In this document: positions 10,526 to 21,048 of the stretch, piece by piece
Layout: each line of letters begins with the position of its first letter
How positions within the stretch are numbered: the stretch's first letter is position 1
DNA from: Candidatus Poribacteria bacterium
GTDB lineage: Bacteria; Poribacteria; WGA-4E; PCPOR2b
Reading direction: 5' to 3'
Length of the DNA: 64,000 nt
Assembly (NCBI GenBank): GCA_965218095.1
Contig: OZ244587.1
Coordinates: 3,776,001-3,840,000, forward strand
Program-made: the position numbers and the translations under genes
The notes under the pieces: generated by a model
Database searches by the model: none
The model's input: the letters and a program-made list of their open reading frames with translations, nothing else
What the model was told of the DNA's origin: nothing

Positions 10526-11419
10526 CTACTCCTCAAGAGTGAACCGATATGGAATCCGTATCCGCATAGGCACGGCTGTTTTCCCTTGCTTGGCTGGAGC
10601 AAAGCGAGAGGCTTTCAGGGCTTTAACCGCCGCCTCATCGCAGCCGAATCCTAACGATTCCACCACCTGAATGTCTCTTGCCATTCTGTCCACGCCGATT
10701 GTCGCTTCAAGCATGACCACGCCTTCCTTTTGAGCGCGGCGGGCGGGTTCCGGGTAATCTAGCTTAACCCCTTTGATGAAGTGAGGTCGCTGGACGATTT
10801 CACCTGGTGCCTCAGTGGGGAGGTCAACGAGGGTTAGATCTGGAGCAGTCTCCAACTCAAGTTTCGAGATAATCAATGTAGAGCGCTGGAGTTTAAGTTT
10901 TGGCATCGTCGAAGGGATTTCTGCCCGGTAATCCTCCGCCAGATTTTTATCAAGCCTTTCTGCAATCGAAACCCCACCATCGGAAGGAACACCCGCCGGG
11001 ATAGACAGATTGTCACTAGGAATGGTAAACCGCGCATCCTCCGATGGAATTTCGACCGCTGTTGTGGTTGGCTGCCGTAACTGTGTCGTCCGAATTCGTA
11101 GGGATTTGGGGGGCGTTACGCTTTTTATTTTTCGAGGCGGCAGGCGGCGTTTGGCTTTCGGGGCAGCCCGCACTTTCGTAAGTTCCACGATAACAGCATC
11201 ATCCTCGACGTTTGCCGCTTGAACGATGTAGAGGGTTGCCACCAACGCCGCAATGAGATGGAGACCGAGAGAGGTCAGCAACGCAAAACGCTTGGAGGTA
11301 AGGGCCTGATTGCCTTTTGCCGGATCCGCAGCCATTTGCACGGCAGAAATCGCCTTTTTCTGTTCTCGATCTAGTGAAAGGGGCTTCAACGGAACAGAAG
11401 CCGGCAGGCCAACTTTCAA
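10526..11419 (-). CDS. TonB family energy transducer
   Basis: TM anchor SLGLH, Pro/Lys-rich linker, C-terminal YPEPARRAQKEGVV...GFGCDEAAV; start uncertain. Confidence 0.85.
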   Translation of the reverse strand: MKVGLPASVPLKPLSLDREQKKAISAVQMAADPAKGNQALTSKRFALLTSLGLHLIAALVATLYIVQAANVEDDAVIVELTKVRAAPKAKRRLPPRKIKSVTPPKSLRIRTTQLRQPTTTAVEIPSEDARFTIPSDNLSIPAGVPSDGGVSIAERLDKNLAEDYRAEIPSTMPKLKLQRSTLIISKLELETAPDLTLVDLPTEAPGEIVQRPHFIKGVKLDYPEPARRAQKEGVVMLEATIGVDRMARDIQVVESLGFGCDEAAVKALKASRFAPAKQGKTAVPMRIRIPYRFTLEE

Positions 11420-11631
11420 CCGCTTTCGGCACTGGACGATTTCCTTCGCCGATCTTGTTTGGCACTTAGATATTCGGGAAGTGTGTTGTTTTGGATATTC
11501 ATCATAGCTTTTACGTCCAGGGTTGGAAGTTCAGGCACAGCAGGGGTTTACTTCCTTCCATCCTTCCTTTCTTTTTCGCTGTTAGTGGGACAAGAACAGA
11601 GAAAATTGATTTTTCAGAGGTCATTGACAAC

Positions 11632-13977
11632 TCACCCTGACTCTGCCGGTTCGATTCGTTGCTGCGATTCCGCTTCGTCCGAAATCTGGCCCCAGTCCCA
11701 AAGTTGCGGGATATACTCGACGTTTGCCCACATTTCTGCCTGGTCAGCATAGTGTGGACTTCCAGGGTGGCCCGATGCTCCCAACGGCACAATCCATCGG
11801 GACTTCGTCCAATCTGACGGGTCGTGGATGTAACGATTGACGGACATGCCCGTGGCGATGAATTCATTGTGGAGCGCGTAACTCCCGGCAAGCGGCGTGT
11901 CGCCGTCACCGTGAATCGGGACCGAGGGAGGATTCAGCAGTTCGGCAAGTTCCGGAAACACCAACGAGAGCGGGTGTTGCGGACACGTGTGGTGGAGACT
12001 GCCCCACTGCCACTTCGACATATCGTCACCGAGCCGTTCTCTGAGGTCCGCGACAGCACGCCGGAGTGCGGAAGCCAACACGCCCCACCAATCGTGCCCG
12101 GGCGGCAGCATGGAATTGTCACCCTGCTCAAGTGCCAGATTCATCGCCACGACAATCTGACGGACATGCGCGTCGCCCCCTGCGACGCCTGAAAATACCT
12201 CCTCAGCCATATCTCCCATCAGGTAATCGAGAAGGAAGCGGATGACTTGCGTCTTGGTCTTGGCGTAAATTAACGGCTGGGCTAGGTCGCGGTCTATACT
12301 GTAGTCCCACGCTCGCAGCAAAGCCAACGCCTCTGCTGAATCTTCGTCAAGCGGCGTGACGCCAACCAGCGCTTCTGTGAAGATACGCGCCGGATTTGAA
12401 ATGCGTTCGGCGTGAATACGCGCCATATCGTCGACGGTTGCCGTTCCCGGTTTGAGCGCAAGAATCCGTGTTTGAACGCGTCGGGCGCGATACTCAGATG
12501 TGAAAGACAGCCCCACATAGTACGGGTAGTCGTGACCAGCGACACGCTGGTTGCAGGTGACTGCGTACCCGGTGTCCGGGTTGATGGCTTTTGGAAGTTC
12601 GTTGTGGGGGATGTAGCCGTTCCACTCATATTCGCCGGTGCAGCCCGGCACTGCCCGCCAGCCGTTTGATTCGGGCCGAATCGGAATTTTGCCCTCGTGC
12701 AGGTAACCAAAGTTTCCATACACATCGCCGACAGCGTAGTTATTCACACGGTCTGTCCAGTTGCGGAACGCTTCATGCAATTCATCCACGGACTTCGCTC
12801 GCATGGCACCGCGTGCGGCATCGACCCACTGGGAGCCCGCAATGAGACCTGGATCGCTGATTGCCACAGCCGTTCCTGATGCGGGGGGCCCGGCGACAAC
12901 GGGACCGTGATGGGTAATTGTCACCTCAAGCGGTACCGAGTCAGCACCACGCACCTCGATTGTTTCGCTGAGAACCTCGGCGGGCCGCCATTCGTCCTTG
13001 AACAGATACTCACGACCATTTGGCCCCTCACGGAAGCATTCAATGAAGAGGTCTTGCGTATCCGCCCCACCATGCGTCATCCCCCACGCGACATATTCGT
13101 TGTGGCAGAAGTGGAGTGTGCCCGGCATCCCCGGCACAGCGTGGCCAATAACCGTGAATTCGGGGCACGATAGGTGAACTTGGTAGTAAACGCTCGGCGT
13201 GTCAAGAGCGCGATGCGAGTCACCGCACACCAGTGGCAGTCCCGATTTGGTAAGTTCGCCGGAAATCGACCAGCCATTTGACCCCGCGTCCACCTCATCA
13301 AGCCAGTTGGCCGCTTCAGCAGCCTCGCTCAGTTCATCAAGCCCCTCAAGCGGAGGCCCTTCGTAAATGTCGCTAGGCGGTACAGTGAGTAGGTGACCAT
13401 TCGGGTATCCTTTCATGAGTTCAGCGAGCTTCTCCGGCCCGAGCGCCTTTACCAAGCGCATCCGGAAGAGCTTCGGTTCGAACGTTCCCAAGAGCGTATT
13501 GCGCATCTTGTAGATGGCAAGACAATGCCAGTTCTCCCAGCGTTCGGGCGTTTGGTCAAGAATTTTGTACTCAATAGGCAGCGCTTGGCATGTGTTGAGG
13601 AAAGCATTCACACCAGCCGTGTACGCATCAACCATAACCTTGGCTTTAGGGCTGCTGATTTTGTAGTCGAGCTTTGCGGTGCGGCCCATTCCCGCCGTTC
13701 GCAACAGACGGTCTTGAGCAACTCCACTTGGTCCGGCGAACTCCGCCCATCTCCCGAGCACCCGATGCCGGTCAAAATCCATGTGCCAAAGCCGATCCTG
13801 AGCGGTTACGAAACCCTGTGCAAAAAATAGGTCATTCTCGTCCTTCGCCTTGATGTGAGGAATGCCCCACCGGTCCCGATACACTTCAACGGGGTTGTGG
13901 AGTCCCGAAAAGCGCATTGTGGTGGTGACATTGGGCAGGGCAGCTTTCAAGTCTTTTTCCGTAATTTCCACTGGCAT
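11632..13977 (-). CDS. penicillin acylase family (peptidase S45, Ntn hydrolase)
   Basis: RDRWGIPHI, AQDRLWHMD, autocleavage site GSNGW, C-terminal GASGHPGSPHYADQ. Confidence 0.93.
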   Translation of the reverse strand: MPVEITEKDLKAALPNVTTTMRFSGLHNPVEVYRDRWGIPHIKAKDENDLFFAQGFVTAQDRLWHMDFDRHRVLGRWAEFAGPSGVAQDRLLRTAGMGRTAKLDYKISSPKAKVMVDAYTAGVNAFLNTCQALPIEYKILDQTPERWENWHCLAIYKMRNTLLGTFEPKLFRMRLVKALGPEKLAELMKGYPNGHLLTVPPSDIYEGPPLEGLDELSEAAEAANWLDEVDAGSNGWSISGELTKSGLPLVCGDSHRALDTPSVYYQVHLSCPEFTVIGHAVPGMPGTLHFCHNEYVAWGMTHGGADTQDLFIECFREGPNGREYLFKDEWRPAEVLSETIEVRGADSVPLEVTITHHGPVVAGPPASGTAVAISDPGLIAGSQWVDAARGAMRAKSVDELHEAFRNWTDRVNNYAVGDVYGNFGYLHEGKIPIRPESNGWRAVPGCTGEYEWNGYIPHNELPKAINPDTGYAVTCNQRVAGHDYPYYVGLSFTSEYRARRVQTRILALKPGTATVDDMARIHAERISNPARIFTEALVGVTPLDEDSAEALALLRAWDYSIDRDLAQPLIYAKTKTQVIRFLLDYLMGDMAEEVFSGVAGGDAHVRQIVVAMNLALEQGDNSMLPPGHDWWGVLASALRRAVADLRERLGDDMSKWQWGSLHHTCPQHPLSLVFPELAELLNPPSVPIHGDGDTPLAGSYALHNEFIATGMSVNRYIHDPSDWTKSRWIVPLGASGHPGSPHYADQAEMWANVEYIPQLWDWGQISDEAESQQRIEPAESG

Positions 13978-14063
13978 TGTTTTCTTCCTCTGCAGATAAT
14001 ATGATTTCTCGTAGCGTTACACGGTTGTCCTGCATCATCCATGGACGTTTATTCTAGCTTGCA

Positions 14064-14831
14064 TTACTGCGCGACTTCGGTACGCTTCTTCTGCCAACGC
14101 TCATACCAGTCTAGCAACTCAGGCGTTGGCGCGATATCGTGGATGGTGACGCGCTTACGGTCGGGCAGGTAATTTCCGATGTGCCAGCCGTTGGGATGAT
14201 AAAGCGCGAAATCGCCCGCGTCCATGGACAGCCGCACTGCCCGCGGCATGCCCTGGGCATATTCAAGGCATTTCCGCTCACGCTCTTCATAGGAGGCATT
14301 TTCGGGCGGCAGTGATGCTTCGGCAGCGGCAACCTCGTCAGGCAGATCATCTCGCAGGTAGCTCCCCGGCACGTACCAGGTACAGTTGTCCTCATACAAC
14401 GGACAGTTAATCTGATTGAACCACAGTGGGTCGTGGGCTAGATGGCGAAACTCCTCCACGTCTGGCACATTCGACGTCTCGCGGATGTCGCGGTGCCATT
14501 TGGTGCACCAAGGTTGTTCAGCAGGTTCAAGCAGAAGCCCGGTCCTGTTGAAGTGGCCCATCTTGTGTCGCGGTGTGAGCACCTTGCTGATAGCATCCGC
14601 AAGTGCTGGTAGGTCTGCGTAATCCTGAAAAGGCCTGAAATCGATGTCGTAGTTCGCAATGGGCTGAAGCCGTTGAGACTGTGGGCCATGCTGTTCGCGG
14701 GCATACGCATGCGCCTTCTTGGTCGCCCGGCGCAGGTCTTTGACGAGCGACGGCGGCAGAATCTGCCGAAACACTACATAGCCCTGCGTGCGATAATCGT
14801 GAATCATAGAATCACAGAATTGGAACGCCAT
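14064..14831 (-). CDS. phytanoyl-CoA dioxygenase (PhyH) family protein
   Basis: QGYVV, WHRD, VPGS and AGDFALYHPNGWH Fe(II)/2OG-type motifs. Confidence 0.82.
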   Translation of the reverse strand: MAFQFCDSMIHDYRTQGYVVFRQILPPSLVKDLRRATKKAHAYAREQHGPQSQRLQPIANYDIDFRPFQDYADLPALADAISKVLTPRHKMGHFNRTGLLLEPAEQPWCTKWHRDIRETSNVPDVEEFRHLAHDPLWFNQINCPLYEDNCTWYVPGSYLRDDLPDEVAAAEASLPPENASYEERERKCLEYAQGMPRAVRLSMDAGDFALYHPNGWHIGNYLPDRKRVTIHDIAPTPELLDWYERWQKKRTEVAQ

Positions 14832-14907
14832 GGCCGTTTTCCTCTTGGGTCTGTAAAATTTTTGTCAGATTCCTTACACACCTTTTCCTCTTAATCCCGT
14901 TGACTTT

Positions 14908-15927
14908 TCACTCGATGACTTCTTGCGCAATGACCATCATCGTATCACCCTTCTTGACGAGGGCTTGGAATTGCTGCATCAGAAGATACCCGTTGCGAGG
15001 GGCGTGAATCTCTAATCCGGGGCTGCCAACTCGTTCAAAATCGCAGATTCGCCCAACAAGCTGCCCCTGTTCCACAAAATTGCCAACTCTGAAAATCGGT
15101 TCAAAAACGCCGGTAATCGGCGCAGGGATGTACTCATCGAGATGGATTGCCGTTACTAACTTGGGAGGCGTGTCCCGATTCAAATCTATCTTCCTGATTT
15201 CCCCAGGCAGAATCTGATAGTGATGTAGCACATTCTTGATGCCCTGATAGGCATGCTGCAAGCCTTGATGCAGCACCCCGGCAGAATGTCCCAACTCGCT
15301 GCCGATGGTGACCTTGCCCATCGCTTCCGCCTCATCAGTCAACAATCCACTCGCCATCTCACTGGAGTATATCATGATAAATGGGGTGTCGAACAGGCCG
15401 GCAATATGTTTCATCTCCACGTACTGTTTAGGGTCATCGATCTGGTGAAACGAGGAGCATAGGGCAAATTCGGGCCCATTACCCGCCGAGTGAATGTCAA
15501 GTACGATGTTTACTAGCGGAAAGACCCTGGACGTTATGAAGTGGGCAATGCGGTACGTCAAAGTTCCTTTTGAGTCACCGGGGAAAGCACGGTTCATATT
15601 CACCCCGTCCTCCGGCGATTCACGGGTGCCGGCGTCACATGCTGGAACGTTCAAACGAGGAATCAGGATGACTCGCCCGCTAATTTCCGCCGGATCAAGC
15701 TCGTGCATCAGCCGCCATACTGCCACCTGCCCCTCATACTCATTGCCGTGTGTGCCACCGAAACAGACAACGTTCTTGCCTGGTCCGGCCGTCCCGTTGA
15801 TGACCGTCATCGGGACCAAGGTGTTGCCCCATGTTCCATCGTAGTGAAACGCCACTTCATACATCGATTTGCCAGGCTTCTCAAAATCGATGAGGTCGTG
15901 GTCGTGAATTGTTGTGACATCGTTCAT
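14908..15927 (-). CDS. succinylglutamate desuccinylase/aspartoacylase family (M14)
   Basis: GGTHGNEYEG, NMNRAFPG, LDIHS and ELG motifs. Confidence 0.9.
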   Translation of the reverse strand: MNDVTTIHDHDLIDFEKPGKSMYEVAFHYDGTWGNTLVPMTVINGTAGPGKNVVCFGGTHGNEYEGQVAVWRLMHELDPAEISGRVILIPRLNVPACDAGTRESPEDGVNMNRAFPGDSKGTLTYRIAHFITSRVFPLVNIVLDIHSAGNGPEFALCSSFHQIDDPKQYVEMKHIAGLFDTPFIMIYSSEMASGLLTDEAEAMGKVTIGSELGHSAGVLHQGLQHAYQGIKNVLHHYQILPGEIRKIDLNRDTPPKLVTAIHLDEYIPAPITGVFEPIFRVGNFVEQGQLVGRICDFERVGSPGLEIHAPRNGYLLMQQFQALVKKGDTMMVIAQEVIE

Positions 15928-15956
15928 CGCTTAAATATCTCCTTAAGAAAAGAATC

Positions 15957-15988
15957 AACCTCCCGAAGGTTCTAAACCTTCGGAACGC
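15957..15988. repeat. AACCTT(C)GAAGGTT-type palindromic repeat (also 22134-22167 and 36308-36335)
   Basis: Three related copies, e.g. AAACCTTACGAAGGTTTGAAACCTTCGCAAGGTT. Confidence 0.6.
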
Positions 15989-15992
15989 TTTA

Positions 15993-16130
15993 GGTTCTGT
16001 TGACATTTGATGGATTGAACCAATCCTGATGCACCTTGAGGCGATTTCGGATAACCGCCTGGGTTTTTGGCGGGTAGCGCGATGATTACAGCGTTTCCCA
16101 AATTCGCGATGGCAAAATGTCAACAGAACC
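15993..16130. mobile_element. 138-bp MITE with IS5-element ends
   Basis: Same 16-bp IRs and TA flanks as the IS5 copies; interior does not resemble the transposase. Confidence 0.85.
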
Positions 16131-16380
16131 TAGGTCTTTCAAGGAAAATAATTCTCCCAGACTGCTCCCATCGGAGGGGTTCTCCCCCTTCGGCTGAGCT
16201 CAGGTCCAAGCCTTGCCAAGGGGGAGTTAGAGGGGGTTGGTGCTTTGCACCATTGCCAAATCCGACGGTTCGGATCCGGTTATGGCCCCGATGGATCGAG
16301 ATTCAAAGCGACTTGGATTTGGCAATCCAAGCCAAGCGAGTGGGATGTTTTATTTCTTGCAAAAACCTTATTGACGCATT

Positions 16381-17247
16381 TCAGCCAATCCCCAACCGCT
16401 CACAGATTTCGTCCAATTCCCGCTGAGCCATGTCGTCGAGTGGGGCGGATCCCGGAGAACGCCAGCGAGGGGATTTGATAACACCTTCGCGGTAGAGGAT
16501 CTCCTTGTGAACAAGCCCTCCCACGCGGAGAATTGGGGCAATCTCACGTTCCCAGACCTCACGCGCTGTAGTCTCGTCACTGGACTGCCAGTGGTCCCAA
16601 ACCTCGACGAAGGCGTGCGGTCGGCTCGGCCAGGGCATGGTGCCTTGCGATCCACGTCGTAATTCTTCGATCAGGTACGACCCGCTCGCGCCACCAAATA
16701 CTGTGACCAGATCGGCTCCATGCTGAACCGCCTCGTATACCTTCTGCGCTGGCGGTGCGTTCTCGACTTTGGCATAACGGACCCGTTCGCTCTCCTCGGC
16801 GATCTGTCGCAGAAGCGATCCGCCAAGCGCCGTACCTGCTTCCTGAACGAAGATGGGGATACCGACAGCATCTGATATTGCCTTGAAGTATGCCTTTTTT
16901 TCGTCCACCGGCACATCTGCTGCAGGGGGTGTGCACATCACCGCCGTTGCTCCGAGGTCTTCAGTTTGCTGGCTATATTGCACGGTTGCGTAGGTTGACA
17001 CCGCGCCGGTGTTCACAACGACTGGCACCCGGCCGCGTGCCTGCTCGATCACCACTTGGGTAACACACAGTCGCTCGGTGTCAGTGAGTTTCATAATCTC
17101 TGTGGCGAACGCTATCACCACGCCGTGGACCCCGGCGCTGATGTTGTACTCCACGACGCTCCTCAAGCTGTCCTCATCGACACGGTCCTGTTCATCAAAG
17201 GGCGTCACCAGGACCGGAAACATACCGCGCATAGGTTGTTGGGACAT
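16381..17247 (-). CDS. dihydrodipicolinate synthase-family aldolase/dehydratase
   Basis: GMFPVLVTPF, GRVPVVV, MCTPP; Schiff-base Lys in AKVE. Confidence 0.88.
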   Translation of the reverse strand: MSQQPMRGMFPVLVTPFDEQDRVDEDSLRSVVEYNISAGVHGVVIAFATEIMKLTDTERLCVTQVVIEQARGRVPVVVNTGAVSTYATVQYSQQTEDLGATAVMCTPPAADVPVDEKKAYFKAISDAVGIPIFVQEAGTALGGSLLRQIAEESERVRYAKVENAPPAQKVYEAVQHGADLVTVFGGASGSYLIEELRRGSQGTMPWPSRPHAFVEVWDHWQSSDETTAREVWEREIAPILRVGGLVHKEILYREGVIKSPRWRSPGSAPLDDMAQRELDEICERLGIG

Positions 17248-17280
17248 TTCATGTACCTCCTTGGTTTCCCTGTTTCAAAT

Positions 17281-18346
17281 TCACCTTCGACACTGGCTCA
17301 AAAACACGCGATAAATCTCCTCAAACAATCTCACATCCGTCAGCGTATCCTCGCCGGAAGATTGGAACGGTTCATCACGCCGGACGTTCTCAATGAAGTG
17401 CTCGGCTTCTCGTCGGTAAGCCCACGTCCAACGCGACTTCGGGATTGGGCGTGAGATCTCCTGTTCCTCCCCCGCACGGTAGATCTCGACTTCTGCGGGA
17501 GTGTTTTTGAGGAGAAGTGGGGGCGACCATGTATGCACAACCATATTCAAAGTAGATCAGGGTATGCTCGTCCCACTGATAGTGCGAAACACTTCCCGTT
17601 TCGAGGGTCACGCGCAAACCTGCCATATCAAAGATTACAATGCCGGTGCGACCGTCATCGTCGAGATCGACGGATTTTACACGAACCCCATCCCCAGCAT
17701 CCAGAAACCAGCGCAGCAGGTTGATGTTGTGGGTGTACTGCTGCAAGTAACTCAAGTAAGGACCGGCCCATTCCGTCGGCAGCCATTCAGAGGCCTTTGC
17801 CGGCGCGGGTGGTTTCGGCTCGTCGGTAATCTCCATCGGCGTATCAAGGTTACAGACCCAATCGCCACCAAATCCGTGATTACGCATGTAGGTCAACCGT
17901 CCGAGTTTACCTGTTTTCCAAAACTGGTCAACTATGGACTTGACAAGTTCGTTACCGGCATCGTATCTTTTCATGTAACCGACCATCAACTTTTTGCCCG
18001 AGGCCTTCCCGGCGGCGACAATCGACTCCCCCTGCCCAACTGAGATAGCCATCGGCTTCTCCATGAAGACATGTTTGCCTGCGCGGAGCAGGTCTTTCGC
18101 AATCTCCCCTTGCAGGGCGAAGTCCGCAGAGACAGCGACAGCCTCGATTTCGAGGTCGCCTGCCAGTTCGATGTGATCTCTATAAAGGCGGGGAATTCGG
18201 TATCTCTCCTGCACGTTGCGGCCGAGTTTGGGTCGCACCTCCGCTAACCCGATGAGTTCACAATCGGGAATGCTGATCAAGTTCGGAATATGAACCTTTT
18301 GCGCCATGAAGCCGCAACCGACATAACCCAGTTTGACAGGTTCCAT
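17281..18346 (-). pseudogene. Gfo/Idh/MocA oxidoreductase, frameshifted near 17540
   Basis: GYVGCG, HVFMEKP and VGYMKRYD motifs; C-terminus (HTWSPPLLLK...AYRREAEHF) continues in another frame; could be a sequencing error. Confidence 0.8.
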
Positions 18347-18462
18347 AATTTTCGGAGCAGGGTTTCGCCTGCGCGTTTACTCCTTTTTCGATAGCGATCT
18401 GTTTTGACGTGAAAGTGTATCAAAGATTGGGGCGAGGATTAAGCGAAATTTGAATTGAAACT

Positions 18463-18704
18463 GTGTACTATCACACTAAACCTTTGAGAAATCTGTGCCA
18501 TGACTTTCTCGTGCCATAAAAAGGGGAAAATGAAACCCCGATAAATCGGAGCAGAGCCTGGTCTCGCGTAGCGAACTCCGCTCTGCAGACTCTCAGAACG
18601 GAGCTGTGATGCCTGAAACGTGAAGCCTTTTACGCAATACGCAACACGTTCTCAGCGGATGAAAGCACTGATGCTGGATTTTCTCACGCATTTAGTGATA
18701 ACAC
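18463..18704. mobile_element. MITE family 2 (GTGT(A/T)CTATCACTAAA ends); related ends at ~23615-23739 and 56355-56405
   Basis: GTGTACTATCACACTAAACCTTTGAGAA ... TTCTCACGCATTTAGTGATAACAC; the other two loci share TTTGAGAA(T/C)CCGCATCGGAACTG. Confidence 0.65.
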
Positions 18705-18844
18705 AGAATTTACCTAAAAATTTAACTGAAATTAACACCATGAACTCATTGCGGGTAGTTTCTTGGAAGTCTAATAGAGCGCAGCGAAGAATCTCCTTGT
18801 TAAGCCGAAAAGCGCAATTTCTAGCGGTGGGCAGTATAACACCC

Positions 18845-18984
18845 CTGGAATCAATGTGTACATTCTCAACATCTGACAGATATTCTTCATAGTCTGCCAA
18901 GCTATGCGTATCCCAAAATTCAGCCGCTTCCGCAATATTCTCGAAGTGTTCAAATATTTTCTTAGTGATGGCTGTGTCTTGCAT
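18845..18984 (-). pseudogene. truncated CopG/BrnA-like antitoxin
   Basis: FENIAEAAEFWDTHSLADY motif; RBS AGGAG upstream; ORF then runs into repeats and the MITE. Confidence 0.6.
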
Positions 18985-19058
18985 ATTGTCTCCTCTCCTT
19001 ACTGTCTATATCTGTGTCCTGTCAAGTTAAACTTTTATAAACATAGAGATTCGATATT

Positions 19059-19866
19059 ATGGCAAACATCTTCCACGTTGCTATCGGTTTTTATATTTTC
19101 AGTCAGATCCCAGAGCTCCCAGCGGAGCCTTTTGAAGAACGCATTCTGGTAGAACGGGTCCCGCCACCGCCAGTTAAGCTGAAGATCCATCCACGCGAGA
19201 TTCCAAGAGAGATATCCAGGGTTGCACGGGCGCAGCATAAAGCGTGATCCGTACTCATGACGAAGTTGAAACGGCAATCGCCCAAGCAGATTTCGGAAGT
19301 GACTAGTGACTGTGGATGAGCCGGAGATTGTACGGGAGAGCATCGCAATTCGCCGTGAAGTACCGATCAGCCAGATTCTGCCTGTTGCCACAGCATCCGC
19401 CAACTTTGAAGCAAAGGCAGAAGTTCGGGACACAATCGCCGCGCTAGTTGCAGCCCTGACGCTGGTCGCCGGACCCGGCGGCGGAATTATCACTGACCGC
19501 GTCGGCGCGGCGAGTGCTGGTGACACAGGAGAATTATCTAACGTGAACGTCTACGGCACGAACCTGCGGAGTGCGAGCGATTGGGGCGGGGTGTTGGGCG
19601 ATGAGTTTGCCGATTTCTGGGCGGGATTGGAACGCGCGTTAGAACTCAAAGCTGCCATCGTTGTGCTCATTTCGGACGGCGATCCGATTCGCGGCGGCAT
19701 CACCGCCCCGAATCAGATTCTGACATTGATCTGAGCGTACAACACCTCCCATGCGCGCATCATGACGGTCGCACTTAGACATGGGTATTCCGACAGTGGT
19801 GTACGGTTGTTGAAACGCCTCCTGGACGATTACAGGGGGCAGTTGCTGCTAATTGATTTGAGGTAA
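19059..19866 (+). pseudogene. degraded membrane-anchored VWA-domain protein
   Basis: LERALELKAAIVVLISDGDP...ILTLI*AYNTSHARIMTVAL...LLKRL reads through a TGA at 19732; further stops and frameshifts upstream. Confidence 0.55.
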
Positions 19867-19996
19867 TGCGTGAAACGTGATGAGTGATACGTAGAATGGG
19901 ATGGTTCACAATTCCGTTAACACTTCGGTTCAATCAACGAGGATATTGCATAGAACGTATTGCGTTTTGCGTGCAAATTAATAACCAATGGTGCTA

Positions 19997-20816
19997 GGTT
20001 CTGTTGACATTTCAAGGGAGCCATATAAGAGTGGCGACAAAGCTGAGAAATCCAAAATAACGGATAGCTAACTTCTCGAACCGAGAGAAGATGCGGCGAT
20101 ACCATTTTATCTTGTTAATGAAACATTCAACCCGATGTCTCTCTTTGTACAGATGTTTGTCGTAATCTCTTTGATCCACACGATGACTTTTGGGCGGTAT
20201 CACCGCAATCGCTCCATTCGCCTCAATAACCGCGATAAAATTGTCGGAGTCATATCCCTTGTCTCCAATCACATACTCGCTTTTATATCCAAGTATCAAC
20301 GCTTCTGCTTCTGCTATGTCGTTTCTTTGACCGGGTGTCAGATGTATTCTTAGTGGATTACCCAGGCCGTCAACGGTGATGTGAATTTTTGTACTGAATC
20401 CCCCGCGAGAGCAGCCTAACGCTTGGTTTTCAGTGCCACCCTTTTTTTTTCGGCACCCGCCGCACACGGGTGTGCTCGAATGATTGTACTGTCCACAATA
20501 AGCGACTCGATATCGGGGTCAGAGGCGAAGTGGGGGTGCATCTGTGTGAAGCCCCCTTTGTCGCACCACCGAGCAAACCGCTTATAGAGGGTGTTCCATT
20601 TACCATAGGTGTCTGGCAGAAGTCTCCATTGAGCACCGCTACGGGTCGCCCAGAGAACAGCTTCGATAAAGCGGCGTGTTGTCGCTTCGTTGCCAACATA
20701 GATGTTGGGACAAGTTAGAAGAAACGAGTATATCTTATTCCATTGGTCATCGGGTAAGGTTATTGGCATCATTCTTCTATTATGCCACAACCTTATACTC
20801 AAATGTCAACAGAACC
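19997..20816 (-). mobile_element. IS5-family element, copy 3 (apparently intact, orfA/orfB joined by -1 frameshift)
   Basis: IRs and TA flanks; orfA 20416-20772, orfB 20012-20467; VDST, GDKGYD and ERHRVECFINKIK motifs. Confidence 0.95.
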
Positions 20817-20844
20817 TAGTTCCTCAGAAGGTAGATGCCATGTA

Positions 20845-20880
20845 GTTTGTAGTAGCGCAATTCATTGCGCTACTACAAAC
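20845..20880. repeat. GTAG-type REP perfect palindrome
   Basis: GTTTGTAGTAGCGCAAT-TC-ATTGCGCTACTACAAAC (17-bp arms). Confidence 0.65.
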
Positions 20881-21048
20881 CAAAAGTTAATAATTGTCAG
20901 GGACGATCTCAGGAAATATCAGATACGAAATACGAAATACAAATTGACAGGCGACGGGATTTTTTTCAAATCGTGCAAAAAGTATCAGCCGAACTTTCCA
21001 AGAAAATGAACCATCCCGTTTTAGCTTCGCGCATCCTGTATCAAGAAC

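Noticed and set aside
16067-16426. 119-aa ORF
   Set aside because: Made up of the MITE end and REP palindromes
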